64,000 nt of DNA, from contig NC_135887.1 in assembly GCF_964194155.1 (NCBI RefSeq), forward strand, positions 11,718,001 to 11,782,000, read 5' to 3'. The notes beneath the pieces are model-generated. The model did not search any database. It had not been told where the DNA came from and worked only from the letters and a program-made list of their open reading frames with translations. Position 1 is the stretch's first letter. Every line of letters begins with the position of its first letter. Source of the stretch: Cetorhinus maximus. Lineage: Eukaryota. Of this stretch, positions 47,651 through 61,094 are shown one piece after another. A program made the position numbers and the translations under genes.

Positions 47651-48109
47651 AACAGAATTAAAAGGTTTTGCTAGTAACTGAAGGGGGAGTGCAGCTTAGT
47701 GCAAGTAACATACACATGGTCCACAGACCTCAGTGTCCCCTTATCTGTGCTCAAGTAATCAGCCAATCAATGCCCTCCATCTGTAATATACTTAATTTCA
47801 ATTGATGCAATTAACACCAGGACCAGAGGAATTAGCTCTACTGGCCGAGGTGGACAATAATTAAAGATTGGACAACAAATAAAGATCTGTGGAAGAAAAT
47901 AGAGGCCATTGTTAGTGTTTGCTAAGATATATGCTTAGAATTCCATGTACAGAACATAAGACAAATGAAGAAGTGCTTGAAATTGAAAACACATAAGAAC
48001 TCTAAGTGACATACAGAAAAGAAAATGTCAGTATTTCGACCATTTGATCAGAGCTGAAAAGCTACAGAGATCTTTCTCAGAGGGCAAAGTGGAGAGGAGC
48101 AGGCAGCAG

Positions 48110-49520
48110 AGACAGAAAGCAGGAAACTACAGGCCAGCTAGCTTCACATCTGTCATAGGGAAAATGTTAGAAGCTATTGTTAAAGATGTTACGGCAGGGC
48201 ACTTAGAAAAATTCAAGGCAATCACAAATTCAACATGGCTTTGTGAAAGGGAAATCATGTTTAACCAATTTATTGGAGTTCTTGAAGAAGTCACATGTGC
48301 TGTGGATAAAGGGGAACTGGTGGATGTTCTGTACTTAGATTTCCAGCAGGTATTTGATAAGGTGCCAAGTCAAAAGTTCATTGTGGAAAATAAAAGCTGA
48401 TAGTGTAGGGGGTAACATATTGGCATGGATAGAAGTTTGGCTAGCCAATAGGAAACTGAGACTAGGCAAAAATGGGTATTTTTCTGGTTGGCAGGATGTA
48501 ACAAGTAACGTGCCACAGGGATTAGTGCTGGAGCCGCAATTTTTTACAATTTATATAAATGACTTTGATGAAGGGACTGAAGGTATGGTTGTTAAATTTG
48601 CTGATGACACAAAGATAGGTAGGAAAGTAAATTGTGAAGAGTAAGTTGTGCAAGGAGGCTACTAAGGGACATAGATAGGTTAAGTGAGTGGGCAAAGACC
48701 TGGCAAATGGAGTACAATGTGGGAAAATGTGAAATTGTCCATTTTGGCAGGAAGAATAAAAAAGAAGCATGTTATCTAAATGGCGAGAGATTGCAGAGCT
48801 CTGAGATTCAAAGGGATCTCGGTGTCCCAGTGCATGAACCACAGAAGGCTAATATACAGGTACAGCAAGTAATTTGGAAAGCTAACAGAATGTTATCATT
48901 TATTGTGAGGGAAATTGAATGCAAGAGTAAGGAGGTTATGCTTCAGTTGTACAGGACACTGGTGAGACCACATCTGGAGTACTGTGTACAGTATTGGTTT
49001 CCTCATTTAAGGAAGGATGTAAATGCGTTAGAAGCAGCTCAGAGAAAGTTTACTAGGCTAATACCAGGAATGGGCAGGTTATCTTATGAGGAAAGGTTGG
49101 ACAGGCTAGGCTTGTATCCACTGGAGTTTAGAAGAGTAAGAGGCGACTTGATTGAAACATTTAAGATCCTGAGGGGTCTTGACAGGGTGGATGTGGAGAG
49201 GATGTTTCCTCTTGTGGGAGAATCTAGAACTAGGGGTCACTGTTTAAAAATAAGGGGTCACCCATTTAAGACAGAGATGAGAAGAATTTTTTTCCCTCAG
49301 AGGGTAGTGAATCTTTGGAACTCCCTTCCTCAAAAGGCAATGGAAGCAGAGTCTTTGAATATTTTTAAGGTAGAGGTAGATAGATTCTTGATAACCAAGG
49401 GGGTGAAAGGTTACTGGGGAAAACAGAGGCTACAAACAGATCAGCCATGATCTTATTGAATGACGGAGCAGGCTCGAAGGGCTGAGTGGCCTACTTCTGC
49501 TCCTAATTTGTATGTTCATA
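48110..49520 (+). mobile_element. CR1 LINE, RT region and 3' end
   Basis: GNYRPASFTSVIGKMLE, VDVLYLDFQQVFDKVP, VPQGLVLEP, KFADDTKIG, LYRTLVRPHLEYCVQYW and RVVNLWNSLP. Frameshifted. Confidence 0.95.
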
Positions 49521-49874
49521 TGTTCATACATATGTCCCTATGTAAGACCGGTCAACCTAAGCATAGTTGGATGGCGGATGTCACAGAGGGGTTGCAGACC
49601 AGCTACAGTGGGATGTGTGAGGATGGCGCAAGACAGATGAGTGTGACAACCATGAGAGCAGGTCTCCTGCTAGGAGTAGCTACAAGCAGGACAGGAGGAG
49701 GCCTAGGACACAGGGAAAGTCCACTCCATTGTCCCAGGGTCTGGAACATTCCAGTCCAGTGGTCGATGGCCTAGGAGAAATTCATTCCGCTACATCAGGC
49801 CAATCAATTTCAGTTGCGAATGTGCTTTGCTACATTCCCTTCTGAATCTTTAATGGGTCCAGATGGACTGGTTA

Positions 49875-50075
49875 GACCATAAGACCATAAGAGACCATAA
49901 GACATAGGAGCAGAAATTAGGCCATTCGGCCCATCGAGTCTGCTCCGCCATTCAATCATGGCTGATAAGTTTCTCAACCCCATTCTCCCGCCTTCTCCCC
50001 GTAACCTTTGATCCCCTTACCAATCAAGAACCTATCTATCTCAGTCTTAAATACACTCAATGACCTGGCCTCCAC
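49875..50075 (-). mobile_element. CR1 3' tail, apparently young
   Basis: (AGACCATA)n followed by GGAGCAGAAATTAGGCCATTCGGCCCATCGAGTCTGCTCCGCCATTCAATCATGG. Other tails lie at about 50965-51135 and 53018-53315. Confidence 0.8.
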
Positions 50076-51382
50076 AAAAACTTGACTGGTACCAACAAAT
50101 TAGTTAAAATATTTTGCATAATATAAAAGTCAAACTATGTTAGTATTGCCAGTGACTCTCTATATCAAGCACGTTGTGATGTAATCAAAATGCTTACTTT
50201 TTAAAATTAAATTATTTTCAATAATAATATTCACTAAAGACATTTCATTGCAGCAAAGAATAACAATGTCCATTGTTGTATGATTTTTGGGAAATGTGTA
50301 TATTTACGAAAAAATTGCAACAACTAGAAGTGTAAAGGGGTGGAAAATATTAAACCCCGTTTCAAAGTCAAAACTTAATTGTCTTAATTGGCATCTTAAC
50401 CATGCAAGTAAAAATGTGTTTAATATCATATGAGCATTGGAGAGCAGCACTGTTTACCATAAGTGTTCCATTATTCCCATTGGTAACGGTTGTTAATGTT
50501 CCATCTCATCTCTCTCCACAGCAGGTCTTATGGCAGCTACAATTGACAGAACTAAAGCAGTTCATTTAACCTCTCACAGCCACTACCTCGTGCAAACAGA
50601 TTCCCAGGCCTCTTGTAACTTTTGGGGCCTGGATGAGTTGGTAATTATTTTTGTTGTTTGTTCAATGTGCAGCCCCTGGTCCACTCTTTGAGGGGCCTGT
50701 TCCTCAGTTTTCGGCTCCACTTTCATCACACGCCCCTGATCTTTGGACACCCAGTACAGAGGGTGGGGAGAGGCACCGCAGAGGGAACTTCTTGTGGGTC
50801 TAGCTGAGGTGGCCATGTATAGGTTCAGGATGGATGCGGCCTAGGGGATGGTGCTCTGCCATCTATTCCATAGTCTTCTTTCCCCAAGGATTAGCATATT
50901 TAGTAGACAACCAAAGAAATGTTATCAAGTAGTTTTACAAGTTTCCTTTCTTCTTATTATTGAGGTCTTACATAGCACATACAATACAGAAACAGGCCAC
51001 TTGGTCCAACAATCCTATGTCAGCATTTATACTCCCCTCGAGCCTCTTCCTTATCTTCTTCATCTAACTCTATCAGTGTAACCCTCTATTCTCTTCACCC
51101 TTGTATGTTCACCTAGCCTCCCTTTAAATGCTTTTCATTTTTCATTAGCTGTGCCCACTAAAATGGGGCGGGGCACATTTACAAGTCTTTAGTTGAGAGT
51201 GGGGCAATCCAAGGCACACAGGATGACAGGAGGCTAGGAGCAGCCTAGAATTGGAACTAGTTATCCCTCTAAATCTTCTTCCCTCCCTACCATCTACCAC
51301 GTGGTAGGCAGATGGGGGCAATACAATTCAACAGGGGAGATTGGAAACTGTGATTCCCCCCCCCACCAACTGGCCACCACCA

Positions 51383-51758
51383 CTTTTTTAATATTCTTTG
51401 ATGGGACGTGGGTGTTACTGGCAAGACCAGCAATTTGTTGCCCATCCATAATTGCCCCTTGAACTGAGTGGTTTGCTCGGCCATTTCAGGGGGCAGTTAA
51501 GAGTCAACCACATTGCTGTGGATCTGGAGTCACATATAGGCCAGACCAGGTAAGGACGGCAGATTTCCCTCCCTAAAGGGCATTTGATGATCGTTTCATG
51601 GCTACCATTACTGAGACTAGCTTTCAATTCCAGATTTATTCATTGTATTTAAATTCCACCAGACGCTGTGGTGGGATTTGAACCCATGTCTCCAGAGCAT
51701 TAACCTGGGCCTCTGGATTACTAGTCCAGTGACGTTACTACTACACCACCATCTCCCC
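51383..51758 (-). mobile_element. tRNA-derived SINE, full length
   Basis: A box TGGTGTAGTAG (51738-51748) and B box GGTTCAAATCCC (51673-51684). Same family as 30205-30573. Confidence 0.88.
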
Positions 51759-54264
51759 TAATTCCATCATCAGATGCTTGATCTCTGGAATCCTGCATTA
51801 CTTAATTAGTAGCATGAATATAAAAGTTGCCACGAAATAAAGGACACACTTTGTGTCAGCTTACAGTCCCATAAAGCCCGACCTTCAAAGGAAGTCTTCT
51901 GATACCAAGTGTCCTATGAATAAGACCTGCATTGTAAGTGTTTCCCTTCATATTCTACCAAGGAGTGTCTCAGTATCCAAATCCAAGGGTTATGTTGATA
52001 ACAGTTAGATGAGGAAGGATGGGTGGAGACTTGAGTGGAGCATAACTGGTTGGGCTGAAAGGTCTGTGTCTGTGCTGCATATTCTATCTAATTCTATGTA
52101 ATGAGGGAGTTACACATGAAACATTAATTTATCCATTCTCCCCAGAGATGACGAATGTTTCCAGTATTGTCTCTGCTTGTGAATGTGAATTTTTGTTGTT
52201 TGAGGAATGAATGTCAGCCAGGACACCAGGAGAACTCCTTACTCATCTCTGCATGGTGCGAACATTTACCTGAACAGTACGTGTTGGACTGTTAATAACC
52301 AGATTTGACTCAACATCCTATGAATCTGCTTCAGAAACCAGCTTGTAACAAAAGACTGAAGCTTTCATTACCACAATAAGGACTCAGGAGGTTGTATATT
52401 GACAGGGCATGTTAATCAAAGAATAAGTAAGTTGATTAACAATTTTAAAGAGTGTTGTGTTCTCAGGAATTAAAAGGCAAACCTTATCCTTGTTTAGGGA
52501 ATGAGTCATGTGACATTTTTATTATAATGATGTCACAAGACAGCACATTGCAGTTCAATCTATATTGTAAAAGTTTGAAATGAATTTTCATTTGCGTTTA
52601 AAATTCTCTACCCAGATTCAGGTCAATTTAGCAATGAGTAATTCCATCAGGCCACATGAGCTCAATTTTAACTCCAGCCAACTGGATCGAAATGAGACCC
52701 GGGGATATTTTAACACCCAAATGCCACTGGTCAACTTACCACCTGTTCCAGGTGAGAAGCAGGAGTTCCTGAGATTAGAAAGATGGAAGCCCAAGAGGAA
52801 CACTCCTGCACCTCAGGCTGTGAAGTTAAAATTGCAGTTGGGTCTTTAATATGGGTTTGAATCTTCATTTCGTCTTTTTAGTTAGAGGGCTCAAATCTTT
52901 GTTTTTCTAGAAGGGTGGTGGGAATAACTTTTAATTCATCATTACTGCTTATTTTCTTGTCTTGTTGACTGTAGGGATGGAAACCTCAGGCTCAAAATTC
53001 AGAAATCACAATATTAAAGCATAAGAAATAGGAGTAGGAGTAGGTCACGCAGCCCCTGGAACCTACCATTACATAAGGTTATGGCTGATTTTCTGCCTCA
53101 ACTACCAGCTTCCAACACTATACCCATATCTCTTGATTCTGTCAGTGTCCAATTATCTATAGAGCTCAGTCTCGAATATACTCAACGAATGAGCCTCTCT
53201 GTCCCTCTGGGATACAGAATTCCAAAGACTCACAACATTCTGAGTGAAGAAATTTCCCACTCCCAAATGGCCACCCCCTTATCCTGAGACAATGGTGCCT
53301 CGTTCCAGACTCTCCTAACTATCCGAAGTCTACAGCGGTCCTGTACGTAAACTTCTGTCAACATTTAAAATGTGCCCTATTCCATCCCCAGAAGCAATAC
53401 CTTCATTCAATGCAAGAAGCAGCTATTTTGTGAATAAGGACCGCAATCCAGTTAGTAACATATTCAGCGCTCCATAGGGGACTCTTCCCTGTTAGCGTCT
53501 CACAAATACACCACACGAACAAGCCAACCAACGGGCTAAGCATGCTGGGAAATGACGATAAAAATGTTGGCCCAGTTTCCATGGGGGGACGTTGCGTTGG
53601 CTAGCAAGTGGTAATTGGTGCATGTTTATCATTAATAGATTTAAAATGATATGATACATCGGCACATTCCAGACACTCCGGCCCTGCCGAAGTCAATGGA
53701 CTTTTGGCTGGGTTGCCACATCTGCCAAGGTGAGACCCACCACATCGGGGGCCCGAAAATCATACCTTTGTCAGGGACACAAGACAATATTGAAATACAA
53801 AGATGAAAATAGTCATTTATTTAATGCTCAGTATTTATACTTGGAGCCACAATTTATAAAGACCAAAAAAAAAAACGACAAAACAAAACACTGGAAGACA
53901 GCTTGTCTTTACTTCATAGCAGTCAAATATCATGAGATACAGGTTCACTTGAAGGAATGATGGGTTATAATTTTCATACGTGGTCTTATCAAACATTTTA
54001 TCACAAACAACAAAAGATCTACTTATTTATGTGTAAGTCTTATATTTCAAAACGCTTAAATTGGTAAGGAAGCTAGTTACTTCCTGATCTCCTTAGCCTG
54101 ACTTCTCAAGGCCAACAGCCAGGGATTTATAAACAGCTGCCAACCTGCAGAAGCTTCCCTTAGCAATGAGCCACCATGGGCCTTCACAATATATGCCTAC
54201 TTAGACCACAACCCAACAGGGAACACCTGAACAGTGACCTTAAATAGACAGGCCAGGCAGTGCC

Positions 54265-55200
54265 ATAGAGTCAGAGAGGTCTACAGCACAGAAAAAGAGC
54301 CTCGGCCCATCAAGTCTGCGCCGGTCAAACAGGTACCTAACTATTCTAATCCCATTTTCCAGCACTAGGCCCATAGCCTTGTATGCCATGGCATCGCAAG
54401 TGCACATCCAAATACTTCGTAAATGTTATGAGGGTTTCTGCCTCTACCACCCTTTCAGGCAGTGAGTTCCAGATTCCCACCACCCTCTGGGTGAAAAAAT
54501 TCTTCCTCATATCACCTCTAAACCTCCTGCCCCTTACCTTAAATATATGCCCCCTGGTTATTGATCCCTCCACCCAGGGGAAAAATTCCTTCCTGTCTAC
54601 CCTATCTATGTCTCTCATATTTTTATACACCTCAATCACAATCCCCCTCAATCTCCTCTGTTCCAAGGAAAATAGCCCCAGTCTATCCAATCTCTTCTCA
54701 TAACTAAAACTCTCCAGCCAAGGCAACATCCTGGTAAACCTCCTCTGCACTCTCTCTAGTGCAGTCACATCTTTCCTATAATGCAGATTCCAGAACTGCA
54801 CACAATACTCTAGCTGTGGCCTAACCAGTGTTTTATACAGTTCCAGCATAACCTCCCTGCTCTTATATTCTATGCCTCGGCTAATAAAGGCAAGTATCCC
54901 ATATGCCTTCTTAACCACCTTATCTACCTGTCCCGCTATCTTAAGGGACCGGTGGACATGCACTCCAAGGTCCCTCTGATCCTCAGTACATCCCAGGGTC
55001 CTACCATTCATCGTGTATTCCCGTGCCTTGTTTGTTCTGCCCAAGTTTATCACCTCACGCTTATCCGGATGAAATTCCATCTGTCACTGATCAGCCCATT
55101 TGACCAGCCCGTCTATACCCTCCTGTAATCTAAGGCTATCCTCCTCACTATTTACCACCCCACCAATTTTCGTGTCATCCGCGAACTTACTGATCAACCC
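54265..55200 (-). mobile_element. CR1 LINE 3' portion
   Basis: ISKFADDTKIGG and the 244-aa ORF 54346-55080 (LYKTLVRPQLEYCVQFW, RVVGIWNSLP). A truncated SINE adjoins at about 55205-55325. Confidence 0.93.
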
Positions 55201-55814
55201 AAGATGAAATTTTATTTGCTTGTTCATGGGATGTGGGCACCACTGGCTAGGCCAACATTTATTGCCCATCCCTTGTTTAGTTAGTTGCCGTGGGTCTGTG
55301 GTCATATGTAGGCCAGTCAGGTAATACATTAACAAAGTAACTCAGTTTTCTTTTCAGGATCTGGACTAAATCTCTGAATGATTCCAGGATCTTTAATTAA
55401 TTAAAGGTTCCTGGCCTGTAAATGTAAATCTTGAGTTTTGGTCAAGCATTTGCTTATTGGCTAAATTCAGCTTTGATTGACCACATAAATTAATTCTGTT
55501 AATAAATAAATACCGTTTTGTTTTAATTCATCACCTAGTTTAATCACTTTCTCTTCAAATACACCGCCTCACATTGGGTCTTAGGTCCTTAGGTAACAGC
55601 CTCATCCAAGCAACTATTCTTCATGTATGGCCCTAGCAAGTGACAGTCAGCTCTTTAATGGTGATCTTGTTCAACATCTACTTTCCAGTAGAGGATACTG
55701 AACAAGAGGTAATTTTTCTCCCTCACCTGCTCACTGCAGCCAACAGTGACCTCCAACAGATCACAGACTGCAACCGGAGGCCTTCTCCTGTGTATGGCTC
55801 GGGTGGGAGTTAGA

Positions 55815-56340
55815 CTACACTTATGTGAAAGCCCTGGTTAGACCCACCCGGGAGTGGGTCAATTCTCGGCAGTGCACCTCAAAAGGGATTGGCTGTCTTT
55901 GCAGGGGGCTTAGTGCAGATTCAACAGAATGATCCCAGTGCCAAAAGGGTTCATTTATGAGGCCATGTTCAAAATTTAGGCTTGTGTTCCCTTGAGTACA
56001 GAAGATTTTAAGATAATTAAAGGATTTTATCGGGTCGATAGAGAAAAGTTATTTCCTCTGGTGGAGGGAGTGCAGAACAAGAGGGCATATCCTTTAAATT
56101 TGAGCTAGGCTCAGGGGTGAAATCAGGAAATACTTCACATAAAGTGTATTGGAAATCGGGAACTCTCTTCTGCAAAAAACAATTGCGTCTGGGTCAATTG
56201 GTGGTTTTAAAGCTGAGGTTGCTAGACTTTTGTTAGGTAACCAAGATGGATAAATGGAGTTAAGATACAGATCCACCATGATCTCATTGAATGGCGGAAC
56301 AGACTTGAGGAATTGACCAGCCTACTCCTATTTCTAGGCA
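55815..56340 (+). mobile_element. Decayed CR1 3' portion
   Basis: GCCCTGGTTAGACCCACC...TTTCCTCTGGTGG...CATGATCTCATTGAATGGCGGAACAG, homologous to the 3' end of 48110-49520. Confidence 0.7.
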
Positions 56341-58129
56341 GCCTGTTCCCCCAGTTAGTTCACTATGGTCTGGATTTTTTTGAGCTCTTCGTCTTCTCCT
56401 GAATGACTCCCCTCTTTGCCACCCCAGCAAGGTAGAGTGTCACAGTCCTTTCTGTGGTCACCATTCATTTAGAAGAAACTACGCCATCCCATTACATTGA
56501 AAACCTGGCACTGTCAAACTTTTTCCCCCAGTGTGAAGAGGGATAATTAAAGGATCAGGGGGTGGGGTGCGGGGGGAGTGTGTGTTTGATAGTTTTTATT
56601 TATGTTTAAAATCTGTACTGTTTTAAATAAGCTACAGTGAAGAGGTCCAGCAAGTTTATGGTGGAGAAAAGGACAGATGATTAATTAAAGGCTGGGGTGA
56701 GAGCAGACTGTTATAATTAGCCCATGGTGCCTCCATTCTCACAGAACCTGTTGAATCATTGACTCACTACAGCCATTAATACATAGTTGAGGATGAGCAA
56801 TTTTTACGTTTCATTTAAAGTGAAACATTTTGTTCTCCCCTTTGTCTGCTGACAGTCAAGAACTGCAAGCTTGCTTTTGGCGTCTTATTTTTTTTTTATG
56901 TTCTGTCTCTTTCCGTTTGGGATGAGGAATTTGAAATGTATGAACCCTGGCGCTCTCAATCCTCGGCATAGAGTGAGGACTTTGGTTAACGACTGCTGGT
57001 CCACTGACAAAGCATCGTAACTCTTTAACGTAATGTGCCCCTACACTAATGTTTACTTAAAGCTCAACGACCTTGCAAACAAAGTTGCATCTTAGAAGCC
57101 GAAAGCGTCACCCACTCTCTGCCACCGGCCTGCCAAGTTAAGAAACATAATTGAAGGTTAGAGAATCGGTGACCTGATCCAAAACTGTCAGATTTGATGG
57201 CATGTCAAGGCCAAGACTTTGTGGCACTGCATAACAAGCATTGTCACACTGTGTGATCCGGACCTTGCTCTGTTTCCACACATTTCAAATGATCCAGCTA
57301 ATTGACTTCCCTAGATATTGTTTGCTGCTCCACCTCCCCTCCACTGCTGCTTTTCAGCTCCTCTGGTTGGCTGGGTGTCGTCTCAATTGGCCTTTTCCCA
57401 TCGCTATCCCTCGCGCTCCATTAATTTCTCTCAGTGGATGGTCAGGATTCTTCAGTCAGGAAACTGGGCAGCTGCCTTGAGGGAGCTAATGGATACACAT
57501 TTTCCCAGAAGCTCTTTTCACGGATCTGATCCCAAGGTGAAACCTCTGGCAGCAGCGACAGTCTTAAAAAAACACACAGGAGGTATTAACCTTTCACATC
57601 GAAATGCTGATGAAACAGAAGGGCATCACAACAATTGCTCACTCAGTTACAAGCCTCACATACCCTTGTGTGAAGGCAGATCTGGAGATCAATTTTTTAA
57701 AAAGTAGCATCAAATTCATTGCTTGGCTTCCAGTGGTCTACGATCATAAGGCCAAAATTCCCTTTATGCTCCCTCTCCAAGTGCTCCCTCACACTGCTTC
57801 ATGCTAGTGCACTGCTCCGCACAAGGGGCCATACTTCACATGTGAGTGGAATACTTGGCCACTAGCTGTTTGGATAAGGGCCTGGAGTGGTCAAGGCTGA
57901 GTCCAATCCCATCCTCCTCACAGGCACACTATGTGGCAATGGTCACCACACAGTAAACATGAGCAAAAACTCAATATCGAAGGCCTTCCTTCATATCAGA
58001 AGATCTGTTAAACATTTTAAAGTTAGATACCGTTAACAATTAATCGGTTTCCAAATGTCCATTGATAAAAATGATGCATCTAAAGTCGCTAAGGGTAGGA
58101 GAGGGAGGGCTAGGATCAGCTGGGAGAAG

Positions 58130-58870
58130 CAGAGGTGTCAGAATGGGGGGAGGTTGGGAAGGGGGGAATGGAGGTGTCAGGATGGGGGGAGGTTGGGAGG
58201 CGAGGAATGGAGGTGTCAGAATGGGGGGAGGTTGGGAGGGGGGGAACGGAGGTGTCAGAATGGGGTGAGGTTGGGAGGGAGGGAATGGAGGTCAGGATGG
58301 GGGGAGGTTGGGAGGGAGGAATGAAAGTGTCAGGATTGGGGGGAGGTTGGGAGGGGGTAATGAAGGTGTCAGGGTGGGGGTAGGTTTGGAGGGGGGGAAT
58401 GGAGGTGTCAGGGTCGGGGAGGTTGGGAGGGGGTAATGAAGGTGTCAGGAATGGGGAGGTTGGGAGGGGGTAATGAAGGTATCAGGATGGGAGGAGGTTG
58501 GCAGGTGGGGAATTAAGGTGTGGGGGGGGAGGTTGGGAGGGGGAGGGAGAATGGAAGGAGGAGGGGTTAATGGGGAGAAGACGGCAACTAGGGAGGTAGG
58601 TGTAAGGGGGGTGGAAGCTACAAGCGGAGTGCGGAGAGGGAAGGGTGTCCAGGGAGAGGAAGGGGTGCGGAGAGGAGAGGGTGTCCGGGGAGAGGAACGG
58701 TTGCGGAGAGGGGAGGGCGTTCAGGGGAGGAAGGGGTGTGGAGAGGGGAAGGTGTCCAGGGAGAGGAAGGGATGCGGAGAGGAGAGGGCGTCCGGGGTAG
58801 GAAGGGGTGCAGAGAGGGGAAGGTGTCCAAAGAGAGAAAGGGGTGCGGAGGAGGGAGGGAGTAAGGGTTG
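58130..58870. repeat. Two adjacent G-rich minisatellites (about 32-33 bp and about 36 bp units)
   Basis: GGAGGTGTCAG(A/G)ATGGGGGGAGGTTGGGAGGGGGGAAT repeats over 58130-58550, then GGGTGCGGAGAGGGGAAGGTGTCCAGGGAGAGGAAG over 58625-58860. Confidence 0.9.
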
Positions 58871-59839
58871 AGGAAGAAGTAATAGTGGAGGAAGGAATCA
58901 GGAAAGGGGTAGGAGTAAGGCTGGAGGAAGGAGTGAGGCTGGAGGGAGAGATAAGACTGAATGAAGGAGTCATGATAGGGAGCGATTAAGGGTAGTGAAG
59001 AGATAAGGCTGGAGGAAGGAGTCAGGAAGGGGGAAGGACTAAGCAGGGGGTGGGTGGAAGTCTAGGGGTGTGAGAGGACTTGGGGGGGGGGACGGGGTTC
59101 CAGGTGGTCAGGGGTTCCAGGGCAGGAAGGGGTGCGAAGCACGAAAGGGTGCGAAGAGGGGAAGGGATATGGAGGGGGAAGAGATGCGGAGGGGGGGATG
59201 TGCAGGTGAACATGCATGGGAGGGGTAGGATAGGTTGATGTCTGCCTCCTGCGGAGAGAACTGAGGGTGGGCATGATGTGGAGGAAGGGTGAGAATGACC
59301 GAGGGCAGAGTGAGGCAGTAGTGTGGGAGGGTGAGGGTTTGGCATTAGCGGTAGAATGGACGGCGAGTGGTTGATGGGGACTCGGAGGCAGACCCGGACC
59401 CTGGGGGTCGGAAGGAGGAGGTCAGGGAGGTGAATGTGGATGGGGGTGGGATTTTCAGGAAGGAAGGGAACATGCACGTGCACCTGGACATCCCGGAGGA
59501 AAAGGGCTGTGGCTGGTAGGTCACGGAGGGGAGGTGGAAGGTGATGCCAGGGGGGTCAACAGTGAATGGGGAAAGGAAATGGGTGGCTGGGGGAGGGGAA
59601 AAGATGGGGAAGCACACAAAGAACTGAATCCAGACCATGCTGTCCAAATCCAAGTGCTGCATGGGAGTGTGATCAGTGGGTGGGCAGAGATGCAGCTCAG
59701 ATGGACAACTGAAAGCGAACCCCAGCAGACAGCATTGGAAATGCTCAGGACATTGAGGTGAGTGTGAAACATGAAGGATCCGTGTGTGTGGGAGAGGCTT
59801 GCACGGGGCTCCGAAAGGCCCTGCCACACTAACACTTTT

Positions 59840-61015
59840 CCCTTCAGCATCATTCGTGGGTTGACTGCTCCCTCTGTGATGACGGGTCTTCCTGGCTGCT
59901 TATTTCCAACTCTTCACTGGAGGAGGAATCCTCTTGGCTGCAGATGAGGACGTGGATGGGGCTGAGGGACTGGCTGGCTGAGTCGGTCCCTTGGCAGATC
60001 TCTCCTTTGGTTCACAGGGAGCTAAGTAGTGAATGGCAGCAGAGTCAAAAGCAGAAGAGAGAGGGCACTCACAGTTGCATTGAGGGAGGGATGGTGTGGT
60101 GCAGGATCCTCAGATAGGTGTTTGCCATCGACCTCACTGTTGCCACAGGCATGGTCCATGTCCTCACCAGTCAGCGCGATGGCACACTCCTCAAAGTGAG
60201 TTGGGGTCCTAATGTGGGCCACTCCACCACCAGTCTGGGACCTCTCCCTGCTGATGTGAACAGGCTTCTCCCGCATGAAAACAGATGGAGAGAGTGTGAG
60301 CAGGACACATGGCGCTGCATGGAATGTTTGTGTGGTGAGCGGAGCCATGGATAGAATGGGGATGTAAGTTTGAGAGGATATGAGCCTGATGGAGATGTGA
60401 GGGCCTGTGTGAGAGTTAGTGCTGTTGTCCCTTGAGGTGTGAGAACCTGTGGATGTGTGATGGGTTTGTAAGTGTGTGAGTTGAGAGTAATGAGAAGAGT
60501 GAGTTAACCTGATGAAATGGATGAGACCATTCATCCTGCAGTAGCACTGGGTGGCTGTCCTCTTTTGCAGGGCATTGGCGCTGCCACCACCTCCCAAGCC
60601 TGGTTAGTAACGTCACTGCCCATCCTGCAGCCCGAGCAGGGGTAAAGGACATCACGGTGAGCCTCCACGGTATCTAAAAGGTGTTCCAGTGACATGTCAC
60701 TAAACCTGGGGGCTGCAGTCTTTTTGCCTTTCGTGGACATCTTCCCTGCAGTAGTCATGGGCTGGAGAAACTGAGATGTGTGCGTGCAGCTGGAATTTAA
60801 ATATGGCGCCCGGCGTGATGAAGCAGCGAGGTGATGGCAGGCTAGCGAATGAGAGCTTGCCCACCATGGAAACACCGTGTTTTCCGGGAATGCATAAAAA
60901 AATGTGGCAGGTTCGGGGCGATAGGGCATGAAAAGCCGCTTGCAGGGCCGGCAGGTAAAACGTCATTTTACCCACCCACTACCGCACTTAGCGTAAATCT
61001 GGGACGATTCCGCCC
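59840..61015 (-). mobile_element. Harbinger/PIF transposon remnant with a pseudogenised Myb/SANT-like gene and one terminal repeat
   Basis: From ATG 60740 it reads MSTKGKKTAAPRFSDMSLEHLLDTVEAHRDVLYP..AWEVVAA, frameshifts to SANALQKRTATQCYCRMNGL, and after a probable intron gives EKPVHISRERSQTGGG. Terminus GGGCGGAATCGT at 61015. Confidence 0.8.
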
Positions 61016-61094
61016 CTGCTCTTAGCTGATCTTCATTTGATAAGTGTTAAAGACACTACAATTGATTTCAATGCCCCTGAGGAACAATTGGTCA

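Noticed and set aside
51660-51758. tRNA gene (also about 30480-30573 and 43908-43965)
   Set aside because: A/B boxes are present, but these are SINE heads attached to repeat bodies and no cloverleaf is evident.
58055-59853. Gly/Pro-rich ORFs
   Set aside because: Translations of low-complexity G-rich repeats.
60022-60740. Functional host MSANTD/NAIF1-like gene
   Set aside because: Frameshift, decayed acceptor and an adjacent transposon terminus indicate a dead transposon gene.
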